A stretch of DNA of 64,000 bases from Raja brachyura (Eukaryota): positions 13,950,001-14,014,000 of the forward strand of contig OY740808.1 of the NCBI GenBank assembly GCA_963514005.1, in the 5' to 3' direction. Below the pieces are notes generated by a model. It saw only the letters and a list, made by a program, of their open reading frames with translations, ran no database searches and had not been told where the DNA came from. Numbering within the stretch: position 1 is the first letter of the stretch; every line of letters starts with the position of its first letter. Below are positions 22,118-34,030 of the stretch, one piece after another. Both the position numbers and the translations under genes were made by a program.

Positions 22118-25100
22118 TTACTTGCTATTAGGTTGGATGACGTGTAGGAAATGACCAGAGGGAACCACTAAATCCTGCACCGGCGCCAGCACATGCCGCT
22201 GGACCTTCGATGTCTGTCCGGGAATACAGACCCTGGCCCATGTCATGACCTGCTTATGAAGGCCCTGCCAGCCAAACTTGTCCTCCACCAGCGCAGAAGT
22301 CGCCCAGATAGATAGGTGTGCCAGACCATGGATAGCGTCGAAAACCCGTCGCCGCCAACACACGGGGCCAATAGGACGTGGTCTCCCGGTTGACACGTCA
22401 CAGAGGACCGACACCCCTGCCGGACTGAAAGGGACAATGGCCAACCGCAACATGGAGGCAGCCATCCGGTAACCGTCCATCTCCCTTCTCGCGTTGCGCC
22501 GCGGTGTGCTTTCTCATAGTCCACGCCGAGGCCCACAGTCGCCACGGCCAGGACCGCAGGATGAGACAACGCATCCGTGACCAGGTTCAGTTTCCCAGCC
22601 ACATGTTGGATGTCAGTAGTGAATTCAGACACAGAAGCCAGGTGCCGTTGCTGACGGGCGGATACCTTGGTGAAGGCGAACGTCAGGGGTTTGTAGTCCA
22701 TGAAGGGCCTGCCCTCTAAAAATTATCGGAAGTGACGGACAGCCAAATGAAGGGTTAGGAACTCCCGGTCGAAGGCACTGTAGCTCCGCTCCCGGGGGTC
22801 GCAGATGACAGCTTAAAAAATGCCAGCAGCCGTCAATGAGCTGCTTGAGCACCCCTCTGACAGCCGTATCAGAGGCTTCCACAGTGAGGGTGGTTGGTGC
22901 ACCAACATGGTGGCCTTGGCCAACATCTCCTTCACACCATCGAACGCAGCTACGGCCTCGTCAGTCCACACTAGGTCCCATGGCTTACCGGCGAGGCACT
23001 GAAACAAAGGCCGCATGACCCTGGCAGCTGCCGGCACAAAACAATGATAGAAGTTCACCATGCCCACAAACTCCTGCAGCCCCTTCACAGTGAGCAGCCG
23101 AGGGAATTGGCGTATGGCCTCCACCTTAGCGGGCAGCGGGGCTGCGCCCTGCGGGGTGACATGGTGCCCCAGGAAGGAAATGGAGCGCAGGCCGAACTGG
23201 CACTAAGCAGCGTTGATGACCAGCCCGTGATCCTGGAGACGCTGGAACAGTGTCCGCAGATGCGTGCAGTGTTCCTGGTGGGAGCGGCTAGCGACCGGGA
23301 TGGCGTCCAGATATATAAGGGCGAAGTCGAGCCCCCGGCCCACCATGTCCATGAGCCATTGGAAGGCCTGCGTGACATTCTTTAACCCAAACGGCATGCG
23401 CAGCCATTCAAAAAGGTCGAATGGGGTGATGGTGGCGGTGTTAGGGACGTCATCGGGGTGCACGGGTATCTGGTGGTAGCCGCGCACAGGGTCCACCTTG
23501 GAAAAGAAGATGGCACCCTCCAGGTGGGCCGTGAAGTCTTGGATATGGGGGATCAGTCTGTGGTCATAACAGCGTTCAAGTGCCGTTAATCCCCACATGG
23601 TCTCCACCCCCCCAGATGATTTAGGGACCATATGCAACGGGATGCCCACAGGCTGTCAGAACACCGTATAATTCCCATGTCCTCCAGTTGGCAGAACTCC
23701 TCCTTCACGATCGTCGGATGGGAGCCTACGCGCTTGGGGGTGGTTGCTTGAACATGGGGGGGGGGGGGGGGGGGGGGTGATCAGGAGCTCTGGGAAATCA
23801 GTGAGCAGGGAGGTATACAGGCCATCCCCATCAGCTACCGCGCCCAGCTGCGGGTCGGGAGGGTCTACAGGCAGTGGGGTCGTGGGCTTGGGGAACACCG
23901 GAGAGACGAGGCGCTGGCCCTGCACGTCCACCAGTAGCGAAAGGGCCCAAAAGAAATCGGCGTCCAGCAGCGGCTGGGAAACATCCGCAACGATGAAAGT
24001 CCATGAATACAGGCAGGAGTTGAAAATGAAGGAGAGAGTCCGCGTGCCGTACGTGCAGATGGGGCGACTGTTGACGGCAGTCAGGACGGGGCCTCAGTTA
24101 TCGGCACGAGTGACCCATCCAGTTGGGGGGAGGATGCTCACCACGGCCCTGGAGTCCACGAGGAAGTGAAATCCGGAACAGCAATCCCGAACGTAGAGGT
24201 GGTGATTCTGGCCGATAACGATAACCTCTATAGACGATCGGCCTAGGGATTTCCCACAAACAAGCAGGGGGTGCGGCATTGGCGGGCCTCGGCACCCCAT
24301 CGTTGGTGATAGTAGCACCACTGGCGTTTACCACGGTCTCCGGCTGGCGGAAGCGTTGCGGTGTCGGCAGCGGAGGGTTGGACATCTCTGCGAGGCTGCT
24401 GGTGTGTGGGTGCAGACACCCGGCTGATGGACCCACCGTCCTGCTGTTTGGCGAGCCATAGTTCATCAGCCCATTCGGTGAGCTGCAGGGAATCGGCGAA
24501 GTCCGAACCCACGAGGTGCATGTGGATGTCGCGGGCATCTGCTCTAGGAAGGCCTGGTCGAAGAGTGGCCGTCCACCAAAGCGAGCATCTCACTCATGAG
24601 TCCGGACGGCTTTCAATCGCTGAAGCCGTCCATATGGAGCAGGCGGGCAGAGCAATCACAGCGGCTGAGCCCGAATATGTGGAGCAACGGCGTCTTGAGG
24701 CCCTCGTACTTGCCGATTGCGGGAGGGTCCTGCAGGTAGGGCAGCAAATGGGTGGCCGTCCCTTGGCTAAGCGCCCCAACCACGTAGAAATATCGGGTGG
24801 TGTCCGTGACGATATTTCTGAGTTCGAATTGGACCTCAACGTGGGCGAACCACACTTGAGGCTGCACCACCCAGAAAACGGCCAGTTTCTGGCCCATGGC
24901 ATTTTGCTGGGTAGGCTGGGCGTCGGGGTTAGCGGCGGCATTCACGATCGAGGTCCAAATTGACGATCGGACCTATGGGGTCATCACTTTGGCGAGACGA
25001 CACAGTTGAGTGAAAATGAATTATTTATTTAGAATACTAAACAAACATTTCTCTCAACTGTGTTCTAAGTCAGCCAAATAATACTAAGCTCCTTCTACAC

Positions 25101-25211
25101 GGGTGGAATTCGACCGATTAACATCCAAAAACCCACGAAAATGCGCCCGTGATCACGCCAGCCAATAGCGAGGGTTCGTGTTGCCCCAAGCCACCACTAG
25201 CTGCTGCTACA
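22118..25211 (-). mobile_element. 3'-truncated, degenerate Ty3/Gypsy LTR retrotransposon, CsRn1/Kabuki-like
   Basis: Gag KLAVFW..QPQVWFAHVEVQF (24613-24945) and CHCC knuckle CYYHQRWGAEARQCRTPC. Protease FLVDSRA. RT FSKVDPVRGYHQIP...RMPFGLKN...YLDA. RNase H ASDTAV and DYKPL. Integrase HHCC remnant (22118-22480). Domain order PR-RT-RH-IN, with many frameshifts. Confidence 0.93.
24988..25211 (-). repeat. 5' LTR of the Gypsy element, followed by a tRNA-Trp-type PBS (about 24977-24986)
   Basis: The minus strand starts TGTAGC at 25211 and has AATAAA near 25025-25030. It is followed by TGATGACCCC, 9/10 to the tRNA-Trp PBS TGGTGACCCC. Confidence 0.7.
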
Positions 25212-26024
25212 CCTGATTCATTTCAGCTGTAATTTCTTGATGTTAAAGCCGTCTTTAACATACTGTTGCATAAACACTTGCCCAGAAATTGAATTATACA
25301 TATTTACGTTATTGGCTCGCTTAGAAGGCTCTTCACTAGACAATTCAAAAGTGCAAAAGTCCTTGATTATTTTTTTTCATTCTTCATTGATATGAATCAC
25401 ATCCAAAAAATCATGTTTCCTCTAACTCACCTTCTAGTCAATTATTTCCACTTAGCAGCTTATTATTCCATCAGAAAATTGAATATAATAAATAATGTTG
25501 ATTGTAACTTTGTGGTTCTGTTTGTCCATAATATGTAAGAGATAAACTTCCATGAAACTCTTGAGCTTTGCCGAGTTTAAATTTGTCCACAGAAAACAAT
25601 AATCCAAATAAAAGGAAAAAATAGAATAATATATCTGAAAGAAAATATTTTAATGGAAATATTTAGCAACTCAGGAATTTGTGAAGATTCTAATTGCTTA
25701 AATTCTTGACAGCAAAGAATATTTTTTTGCTAATCTTCAAGAATATTCAAAGTAAATTGTCATCATTCTGCAGAATTTATATTGTGCCAGATTTAGTGAT
25801 CTTTTCAAGGAATGAGCTTAGTTCTAAGAACCCAGGCAAAGGTATAGAATAAACTGTATTAAGATGTTTAAAAAAATAAGATTTTGACTGTATCTTTAAA
25901 AAAATGTTTTGGAATTATTTTGACATTACAAATTTCTTATCATTGTGCCTGGCCTGACTGACTTAAAACTTTTAAATATTATTATAATTACTTCAAAGGT
26001 AATTCATTTTGTCGTGAATAATAA

Positions 26025-26165
26025 TCTATGGAGCGAAGGAAATAGGCAACGTTTCGGGCCGAAACGATCAGTCTGAAGAAGGGTTTTGGCCCGAAACTTT
26101 GCCTATTTCCTTCGCTCCATAGATGCTGCCGCACCCGCTGAGTTTCTTCAGCATTTTTGTCTACT
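26025..26165. mobile_element. Palindromic Penelope-derived mini-element
   Basis: atctatggagcgaaggaaataggcaa is inverted with ttgcctatttccttcgctccatagat around ctgaagaagggttttggcccgaaac. Confidence 0.82.
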
Positions 26166-26366
26166 TTCAGAAAAGTACAGCAGTTTTTGTTTATATTGCC
26201 ATGACCACTCAAATACTTCAGACTCGAGAAGTAATTTAGAATGTTTTATTCTTGTGTAGGCATACTTGGAAAATGCTATCTGATCAGGGCTGCTGATGTT
26301 ATTCAAATACTTTGTTGTGTTTCAGTGATTATTACAAAGTATTCTAATTTTTCTCAGTTTGATAGA

Positions 26367-26778
26367 CGGATCTACCACCGATATTCTGGCAACTGGTGGT
26401 CCGGCAACTCCTTAACTCCTTTAATTCTGGGAAAATTATGAGAGCACACTTGAAATCCCCCTCGGAAGTACCCAGAAAAATGTGGTGTCAAAGCTGGGTG
26501 AGGTGGCCGATCTTAACCTCATTGGGACTTCTGCGCTGATTGGTAGGTCGAGTTTCGCACCTGGAACTCGGGCCAGGCCTGAGCTGGCAGATCTGTTCCC
26601 TTGGCCCTCTTCGGCGGCTGACTTTGCGAGCACGTATCTCAGCCCCTCGACGGCCAAGGCAGACCGTTCCAGTATCGTTGGATTCTTCTCGGAGGCCGTG
26701 ACCTCAATTGGTCTGCCAAAACGTAGAATCGAGAAATGCTCTGGAACTAAGGATGACGAAAAATCAGTGGTGGACCTG
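26367..26778. mobile_element. Tc1/mariner (pogo/Tigger-like) non-autonomous element
   Basis: Right end atcagtggtggacctg|TA, degenerate inverted left end cggatctaccaccgat, GC-rich interior. Confidence 0.55.
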
Positions 26779-27648
26779 TATTTGGTATTTGTTAATGGAC
26801 CAAATGTTGTTAAATAAACAAATTTAAATCCACCTCAGTATTTTAGCTTCTGCATTATCAAACTTTAAAGAGATGATTAATTAAGGCATCATGCAAATTA
26901 AAGTTCTATTAGTGTCCTCTACTGAATATTTCTGGCATTTTCTGTTTTTATCTCAGATATTCTGCATTTGGTGTAATTTGTTATTCATCCAACCCCAGTC
27001 CATTTGTTAATGAGCATTAAGATCTATCACAGATATTGGAAGTACTGGTGTATGCTATACATTTAGTGGAATATCTTAATTGGATGTAAGGCTAAAGGAG
27101 GAAAATAATTCAACATTGGTTTGAGTTAATTTTAAATGTAACTTAGGAAACAGCACATTTGTAATGTTCTGGCAGTTCCAATAAGGAGAATAATGGTCCA
27201 ATAAGGTTTGAAATTCAGCTTTGAATGAAGGTGAGGTTTGATGATGAGACTTATCATCAACATTGTGCTGTTATTCTGCCATCTAAAGTTTCAATAATAT
27301 AATATTGCTATAGGAAAGAGAAACAATTAGAAAGTCTTTTTTTTATTTCTTCAATCAACAGAATCCAATAGAAGAATTGATTTTTGAAAAGATTATAAAC
27401 AATGAAGAAACGTTCATTTCCTAATCAATTTGCAGCTGGTACATCTCTTTTGCAGCAATGTTGCAATCACACAAAACCACAAAAAGGAAAATGAAGTATT
27501 AACAAGCAAGCTTGACTTTTGCAGTGCTAGTTTTGAGAATTGTTGAGCAGGATATGTTATCACCATGGAAACTGGTGCCTGCAACTGAGACAGCGATTGG
27601 TGTCTTAGTTCCACATCTCACCCCAAAAGACAGCAGCTATTTAGGAAA

Positions 27649-28022
27649 CTAGGTGGGGGGGAGGGGGTGAGGGGAGGGGGGGTGTGGGGGTGGGGGTGGG
27701 GGCATGTGAGGGTGAGGGAGGAGGGGGTGGGGGCATGTGAGGGTGGGGAAGGAGGGGGTGGGGGCATATGGGGGAGGGTGGGGGGGGACTGTGGGGGAGG
27801 GGGGTGGTGGGATGAGGGGGGGTGTGAGGGGGAACCTTCAAAACCTTCATAACTTTTGTACTATTTCACTGATCGGAACAAAACCTATTTGACTTGCAGC
27901 AGAGACAAATGGTGAGTAAGGTGACGAAAAATCGTAGCGCTATGGGGAATCATTTTTGCGCAAATTTAATTACAACGCAGACAGGAAGTGGTCAAGATGA
28001 GAGTTTTAGTAATATATATAGA
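27649..28022 (-). mobile_element. Non-autonomous Helitron-like element with G/C-rich low-complexity tract
   Basis: The minus strand begins a|TCTATATATATTACTAAAAC and ends ...ccacCTAG|t, i.e. 5'-TC and CTAG-3' in an A|T target. No clear 3' hairpin in this copy. Confidence 0.6.
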
Positions 28023-28052
28023 TATAGATATAGATATATATATAGATAGAAG

Positions 28053-28175
28053 ATGTTTAAGAAAGAATGCTGGAAAAATTGAAGGCATACAAAAGTGCTG
28101 GAGAAACTCGGTGGGTGAGGCAGCTTCTATGGGGCGAAGGAATAGGTGACGTTTCGGGTCGAGACCCTTCTTCGA
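28053..28175 (-). mobile_element. Penelope-derived 3' UTR fragment
   Basis: Reverse complement reads gaagaagggtctcgacccgaaacgtcacctattcc...ccagcattctttcttaaac. Confidence 0.8.
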
Positions 28176-29371
28176 ACATCATTACCTCCAAGTTCCCATT
28201 CGCGTTATAAATCTTCTTGATTTTTAAATATTTTGGTATTCCCTCATTGTTGCTACATTAAATTCATTGTAATTCTTATAATTTCAGCAAGGAAACTATC
28301 AAGGAAAAAAAAGAACTGTACATTGAATTAGTGTACATTCAATAATTTTCTATTACAGGTCATTCTCGGTTTATGAATGCCTGACTTGTGTACAGCGATC
28401 CACTGCCCCTCTGCATCACCTGTAAATGTCCTATGATTTCTGAATGAAGTGCAACTCCCTTTGTTGTACTTCCATGCTTTGTGATCAATATGAAACCATT
28501 TATTGATATTGGTTTGTAATTGTTATGCGTATCGAGTTACAGGTACAAGAATATATCCTCATTTCATTTGATGCTCAGAATATTTATAATGTGATTCCTT
28601 TCAACACTTCATCAGAAGCCTCTCCTTTGATATGAATGAAAGAAGAAACCATGAGCAGATACGTTTGAATGATTTAATAATGTGTATCGAAATCCCTTCC
28701 AAAATTTGAATGAACTCATGCAATGACAAAGTTCCCCCAATTGCTATAGCCCAGCTCTCTCTAAGACTCTAGAAGGCAAAGCAGGTGTTTTGTCATGGAA
28801 ACCCACAAAGACCTATTGCATCAAAAGAGCTGGTTTCCAATTGCTCTGTGCCACCATGCATACCCAAAGCTCCCCCATATCTTGCTTTGGAGCAACATTT
28901 GGTAGAAGAGAAATGCTGATATTTTGACAGACAGCCGTTATTATGCCAATCAAAGTTTCAATGCCAATGGATCTTTCAGTGGGACAGTACAGGGAAAGGG
29001 ATGTCACTCAGATTATGCATCCATTCTTGCTGCCAAATGTGAAAACTGTTCTTCATAAACCAGTTGCTTGCTCTGTGAGGGATTAACTCTGGAGGAAACA
29101 AAATCTGCTTTGGAAGAAAACTAATTTTTCCTCCACTCTTTTCTCAGTACACTTCAGTTTAGTATAGTTCCGTTTATTGTTCAGTATAGTTTAGTACAGA
29201 TTAGTATAGTTCAGTTTATTGCTTAGTTTATTATTGTCTGCACCGGGCGGGGGGGGGGGGGCGGCAATTAAATTCCTTGTTCACATGAAGCTCACAAAGA
29301 AAACAGTATATAGCCAGAAATGAATAGTTAATACAAGAAGTGCAAAACAGCAGAATAGTAGAGAATGTGAC

Positions 29372-30025
29372 TGGTGGCGTTGCGAGTTGGCAGCCTCGCC
29401 AGCAGCTGTTCGTCCTTTCCACTTTTTTTTGTTTTTAGTTTGTCTTAAAGTGTGTTTTAGTGTAGGGGCGTGGTATCGGGGAATTGGGGGGAAACTGTTT
29501 TTCGGTCGCTTGCCTCGACGGAATGTGACATTTTCACCCTCCCTCGCGGCCTATCAGCTTGGATTGGTGCAGCCTCTTCTGGAGTCGGGGCCCAGAGCTT
29601 CAGCAGCGGGTGCAGCGCGGAGCTGGGTTGGCCAGAAGAAGAAGTACTCTGATCGCAGGCCTGCGGCCTATAACATCGTGAAGGCCCGGTCTCTGGCAGG
29701 AAGTGGCTGATTCGGGACTTCCAAGCCGCGGAGTGTCCGTCCGTCCTGACATCGGAGTTTTGAGCATCCCGACGAGAGGGCCCGTACATCGGGCCATCCG
29801 AAGCGGCGACTGCGGAGGGTTCATGGCCCCGGCCACGGATGAACAAAGGAGGAGGACTGACAACGTTATTGCCTTCCACCACAGTGAAGAATGTTGCTTC
29901 CACTGTGGTGCATGTTCATGTTGTATTCTATTGTGTAGTGTTCTCTTTATGATTGTATGCCTGCATCGCAAGTCAAATTCCACTGTACTTAACTGGTGCA
30001 TGTGACAATAAATTTGAACTTGATT
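29372..30025 (+). mobile_element. GC-rich non-coding retroposon (bipartite family, copy 2)
   Basis: Head ggcagcctcgccagcagctgttcgtcctttc, hairpin caccacagtg/cactgtggtg, tail tgtgacaataaatttgaacttga. Confidence 0.75.
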
Positions 30026-30087
30026 GTAGTGCAAACTGAAGTAATGCAAAAATATTAAAATATAAAATGCAATAACCGAATAAGGTG

Positions 30088-31150
30088 GTGCTCCCAGGAT
30101 GAGGTGTTCCACACCAGGTCATCACAAATGTCCTCGTTCTTCAGAGAACGGGGTTTCCCCTCCCCCACTATAGATGAGGCTCACACCAGGGTCTCCTCCA
30201 TACCCCGCAACACTGCCCTCTCTCCCCATTCCCCCACTCACAACAAAGGCAGAGTCCCCCTGGTCCTCACCTTTCACCCCACCAGCCGGCGCATACAACA
30301 GATAGTCCTCCGCCAGTTTCGCCACTTCCAACGTGACCCCTCCACTCGCCACATCTTCCCATCTCCCCCCCTGTCTGCCTTCCGCAAAGACCACTCCCTC
30401 CGCAACTCCATTGTCAATTCTTCCCTTCCCTCCCGCTCCACCCCTTCCCCGGGCACTTTCCCTTGCAACCGCAAGAGACACTACACTTGTCCCTTCACCT
30501 CCCCCATCCACTCCTTTCAGGGACCCAAGCAGTCCTTCCAAGTCTTACAGAGGTTCACCTGCACTTCCTCCAACCTCATCTACTGCATACGTTGCTCCAG
30601 ATGCCAGCTGATCTACATCGGTGAGACCAAGCGGAGGCTGAGCAATCGTTTCACCGAACATCTCCGCTCGGTCCGCAATAACCAACCCGACCTCCCGGTG
30701 GCTCAGCACTTCAACTCCCCCTCCCATTCCGTATCCGACCTCTCGGTCCTGGGCCTCCTCCACGGCCAGAGTGAGCAACACCACAAGTTGGAGGAACAGC
30801 ACCTCATATTCCGCTTGGGGAGTCTGCATCGTCTGGGCTTAAACATTGAATTTTCTCAATTCTGTTAACCCAGACTGCCTCCTCCCCCTCTCCACCTCTC
30901 CCTCAGCCCTCAGGCCCTGGCATTCCTTCTCCCTCTATTCCCCCCCCCCCACCCAAGTCGCACTAGCTTCTCATTTTGTCACTAGCTTGTCTATATCTCT
31001 CGTTTTCTTGATCCCTGACCAGTCTGAAGAAGGGTCTCGACCCGAAACGTCGCCTATCTCCTCGCTCCTTAGATGCTGCTGCACCTGCTGAGTTTCTCCA
31101 GCTTTTTGTGTAACCCTCGATTCTCCAGCATCTGCAGTTCCTTCTTTAAC
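30088..31150 (+). mobile_element. 5'-truncated Penelope-like element (Neptune-type): linker, GIY-YIG endonuclease and 3' UTR
   Basis: Open frame 30104..30868 with RGFP, PLVLTFHP, Cys-rich linker GTFPCNRKRHYTC, LIYCIRCSRCQLIYIGET (GIY-YIG), RFTEH, VAQHFN and GLN. The 3' UTR has a hammerhead core at 31024-31051. Confidence 0.93.
31024..31051 (+). ncRNA. Minimal hammerhead ribozyme motif (Penelope type)
   Basis: CTGAAGA-A-GGGTC-TC-GACCC-GAAAC-GTC: conserved catalytic boxes, stem II, palindromic ACGT helix III and GUC cleavage triplet. Stem I is weak in this copy. Confidence 0.7.
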
Positions 31151-31152
31151 AA

Positions 31153-31502
31153 GGTGGTTAAAGAGCTGTGGCGTTGTTCCAGCATTCCGGCGATGGCGGT
31201 GGTGGCAGCTCGGCTTCGGAGGCTCGGCCGTGGGCCTAGTGGACGATAACATCGGAGGCCTGGATCGCCTCAGTACAGAGGGAGAACAAGTAGGGAAGAA
31301 GACAAAGACTTTAAGACTTTTGCCTTCCACCACAATGAGGAGGTGCCTGGTGAACTCACTGCGGTGGATGTTAAATATGTGTTTATTATGTGTTTTTTTT
31401 AAATTTAATATATGTTATGACTGCAAGGTAACAAAAATTTCGTTCAGACCGAAAGGTCTGAATGACAATAAAGGAATCTAATCTAATTTAATCTAATCTA
31501 AA
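31153..31502 (+). mobile_element. GC-rich non-coding retroposon (bipartite family, 5'-truncated copy 3)
   Basis: gaacaag...ttgccttccaccacaatgag...ctcactgcggtgga hairpin, terminal hairpin TTCAGACC-GAAA-GGTCTGAA, tgacaataaa and an (aatct)n tail. Confidence 0.75.
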
Positions 31503-32131
31503 GTTAAGAATATATGGCAGCACCTCCAGGGTGTGAAAGAGATGAATGGTTCTGATAGTAGGATGAAAGGGGGAGAGGGGTTTAAGGGCAAAGCATTTGT
31601 TCAGCTCTTGCTGCTTCCAGTCTTGAAGAAAGCTGTAAATCCATTCATGTTCTCCCTAAACCTGTTCTTTGGGTCTCTTGTGCTGTCAGATTTAATAAAA
31701 TCTTAAAAATCATCTAATCACGGTTAAAGCCACAGAACATTTTCAATAAAGATGCTGTCTGTATTAAAATATTAAATTGTCAGGCTGCATCTTCTTCTGG
31801 TTAAACCTGGAACTGGATGGGTTAGAATCAGGTTATGAATTTTAGATTTGTATTTTTGAATATATGTTGTGATATAACTCATTGGTGTTCTGAGGTTAAA
31901 ACTCAGCTTAAACTTGATATGCCTCTGAATCTTCTTTTACTCAATTGCCTAGAATTTAGATTATACCTGAAGGAAATGTAGTGGGCTCGGCAGGATCTGC
32001 ATGAATGGTTCTCAGTTAAACCTCTCCTTTCATCAGGCTCCCATGAGAAGATCAGCCGAGTCAATGTTTGGATAGATGTTGTATTAAAACATGGTAGCAT
32101 TTAATGCTGATGCCAAATTGGGTAGAAATAG

Positions 32132-33183
32132 TAGCAATGTTACACAATTTTGAGATTTTAAAAATCAAGTCTGCAATTTATCCCATCAGATAAAGCATAA
32201 AAATAAGTTTAATTAGACACCTAATTCACTTTCATATCTTCAGTATTAAAAAAGTAAGGGGCATTTTCATACTTGCAACTTGCTTCCTATTGCTTTTCTA
32301 TTGACTTAACACAAAAGTTGTGATCGAGGACAGTCAAAAGCCCATAACTTCCTTAATAATTAAGAGAACTTAAAGAAATTTTCAGTTATTATAGATTGAA
32401 GTATTCTGAAACAAATATGAAACAATCTTATTTGGATGACCTGAAATTAAAGCATATAATTAGTTAGTTACCCAATTGTAGCCAATTACAAAATTCAATT
32501 ACTAGATCTAAACATCTATCCATTTCTTAAGAAATTTTTTTTTAAAAATGTAAAGCCTAAGTGTCCAATTAACAGTCACACAATAATTCACAATATAACA
32601 TGATTTTTAAATCTAATTGTCATTAATTTATAGGCCAAATTGAAGGAATTCAGTGTTTAATGCCTGTAAATTAATGGGCATTTTAAACAGCTTGCGAGTG
32701 GGATTTTCTGGAACGCGATGTATTGGAACGTTGAGGTTGCGGTGAATTTAAACCCAATATCGGCAGGAAATTTTCTGCTGGTTCGTATGGGGGCTAAATC
32801 ATCGTTTCGCAACATGAAATATTGATTAAAGTCCCCTAAAAAAGCAAGTTTATATGTAAAAATAAACAGCTTTCACTTACCTGTCTCCTACGTAAAATTG
32901 GTCCCCGTTGTCGGCGTTCACAGCATTAGGAGCTAATTTTTATTTTACTGCAGTGATGAAGTAGTCAGGCTATTTTTTTTTTTTTAAATGGACTTACCGG
33001 CAGTCGGAACACATCTCCAGAAATAGATCGCACTCCGACAACAGAAAGCTCCGGATTGCATGGGGAAAACCGCATTTTAACCCCCGCCCACCCCCCCCCC
33101 CCCCCCTTAAAGGTGCCAAAGTCGCGCACAGGGCCAGTGACAGAACTGCAGCACTGCTAAAGGTAAGTTTTGTAACATACCTA
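32132..33183. mobile_element. Non-autonomous DNA transposon, superfamily unresolved
   Basis: TIRs TAGCAATGTTACACAA and TTTTGTAACATACCTA (13/16). Flanking direct repeat GAAATAG (32125-32131 and 33184-33190), extendable to AGAAATAGT. Confidence 0.85.
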
Positions 33184-33239
33184 GAAATAGTGAAATTGAC
33201 TAAAATTCTGTTTTTCCTGACCACACTCTCATTTCATCA

Positions 33240-33522
33240 TCATCATCGGGAAGAAGGTACAAGAGCCTGAAAACTGTAACGTCTAAGTTCAGGAACAGCT
33301 TCTTCCCTGCAGCCATTAGGCTATTAAACACGACAACAAATAAGCTCTGAACTGCAACAAACTATTATTATTATTGCGCTATATTTGTTATTTATTGAGT
33401 ATGTGTATACACACACTGGACTTTTTTTCTTCTCCCGTTATGTACTATGTTACATATTCTGTTGTGCTACAGCAAGCAAGAATTTAATTGTCCTATCTGG
33501 GACATATAACGATAAAACATTC
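33240..33522 (+). mobile_element. Rex1/Babar-like LINE 3' end
   Basis: SGRRYKSLKTVTSKFRNSFFPAAIRLLN followed by a 3' UTR ending in a hairpin and gataaa. Confidence 0.78.
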
Positions 33523-33524
33523 CT

Positions 33525-34030
33525 GACTCTCTTCATGTGCCTATCTAAAAGCCTCTTAAATCCCATTATCGTATATATCTTCATCACCATCCTGGCAATG
33601 CATTCCAGCCCCCCACCACTCTCTGAAAAAAAAAACCTTGCCCCAATATGTTTCCCCTCAAACATTAGAGCTAGGTCCTCTAGTGTTGGGAATTTCCACC
33701 CTGGAAAAAGGTCCTGACTGTCTACTCTCATAATTGTATATACTTCTATCAAGACTCCCCTCCGCCAATATTCCAGAGAAAACAATCTAATCCTATCCAA
33801 ATTCTCCCTGTAGTTTAAACCTTCTAATCCAGGCAGTATTCTGGGAAACCTCCTCTCCAAATCCTCCACATCTTTCCTGTAATAGATGATCAGAACTGCG
33901 TATAATACTCCAAATGCAGTCTCACTGAAGTCTCAGGACTTTCTGACTCTTGTACTCAATTACCCTAGCAATAAAGGCAAGCAGACTATATGCCCCTCCT
34001 TATCACTCTATCTACTTGTGCTACCTTCAT
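33525..34030 (-). mobile_element. CR1 LINE fragment
   Basis: LERRFPRILPGLEGLNYRENLDRIRLFSLE in ORF 33450..33869. Confidence 0.82.

Noticed and set aside
30104-30868. 254-aa open ORF as a host or domesticated GIY-YIG gene
   Set aside because: It is the 5'-truncated end of a Penelope element with no real ATG start, has a close paralogous fragment at 51860-52195, and has a substitution at an expected linker cysteine.
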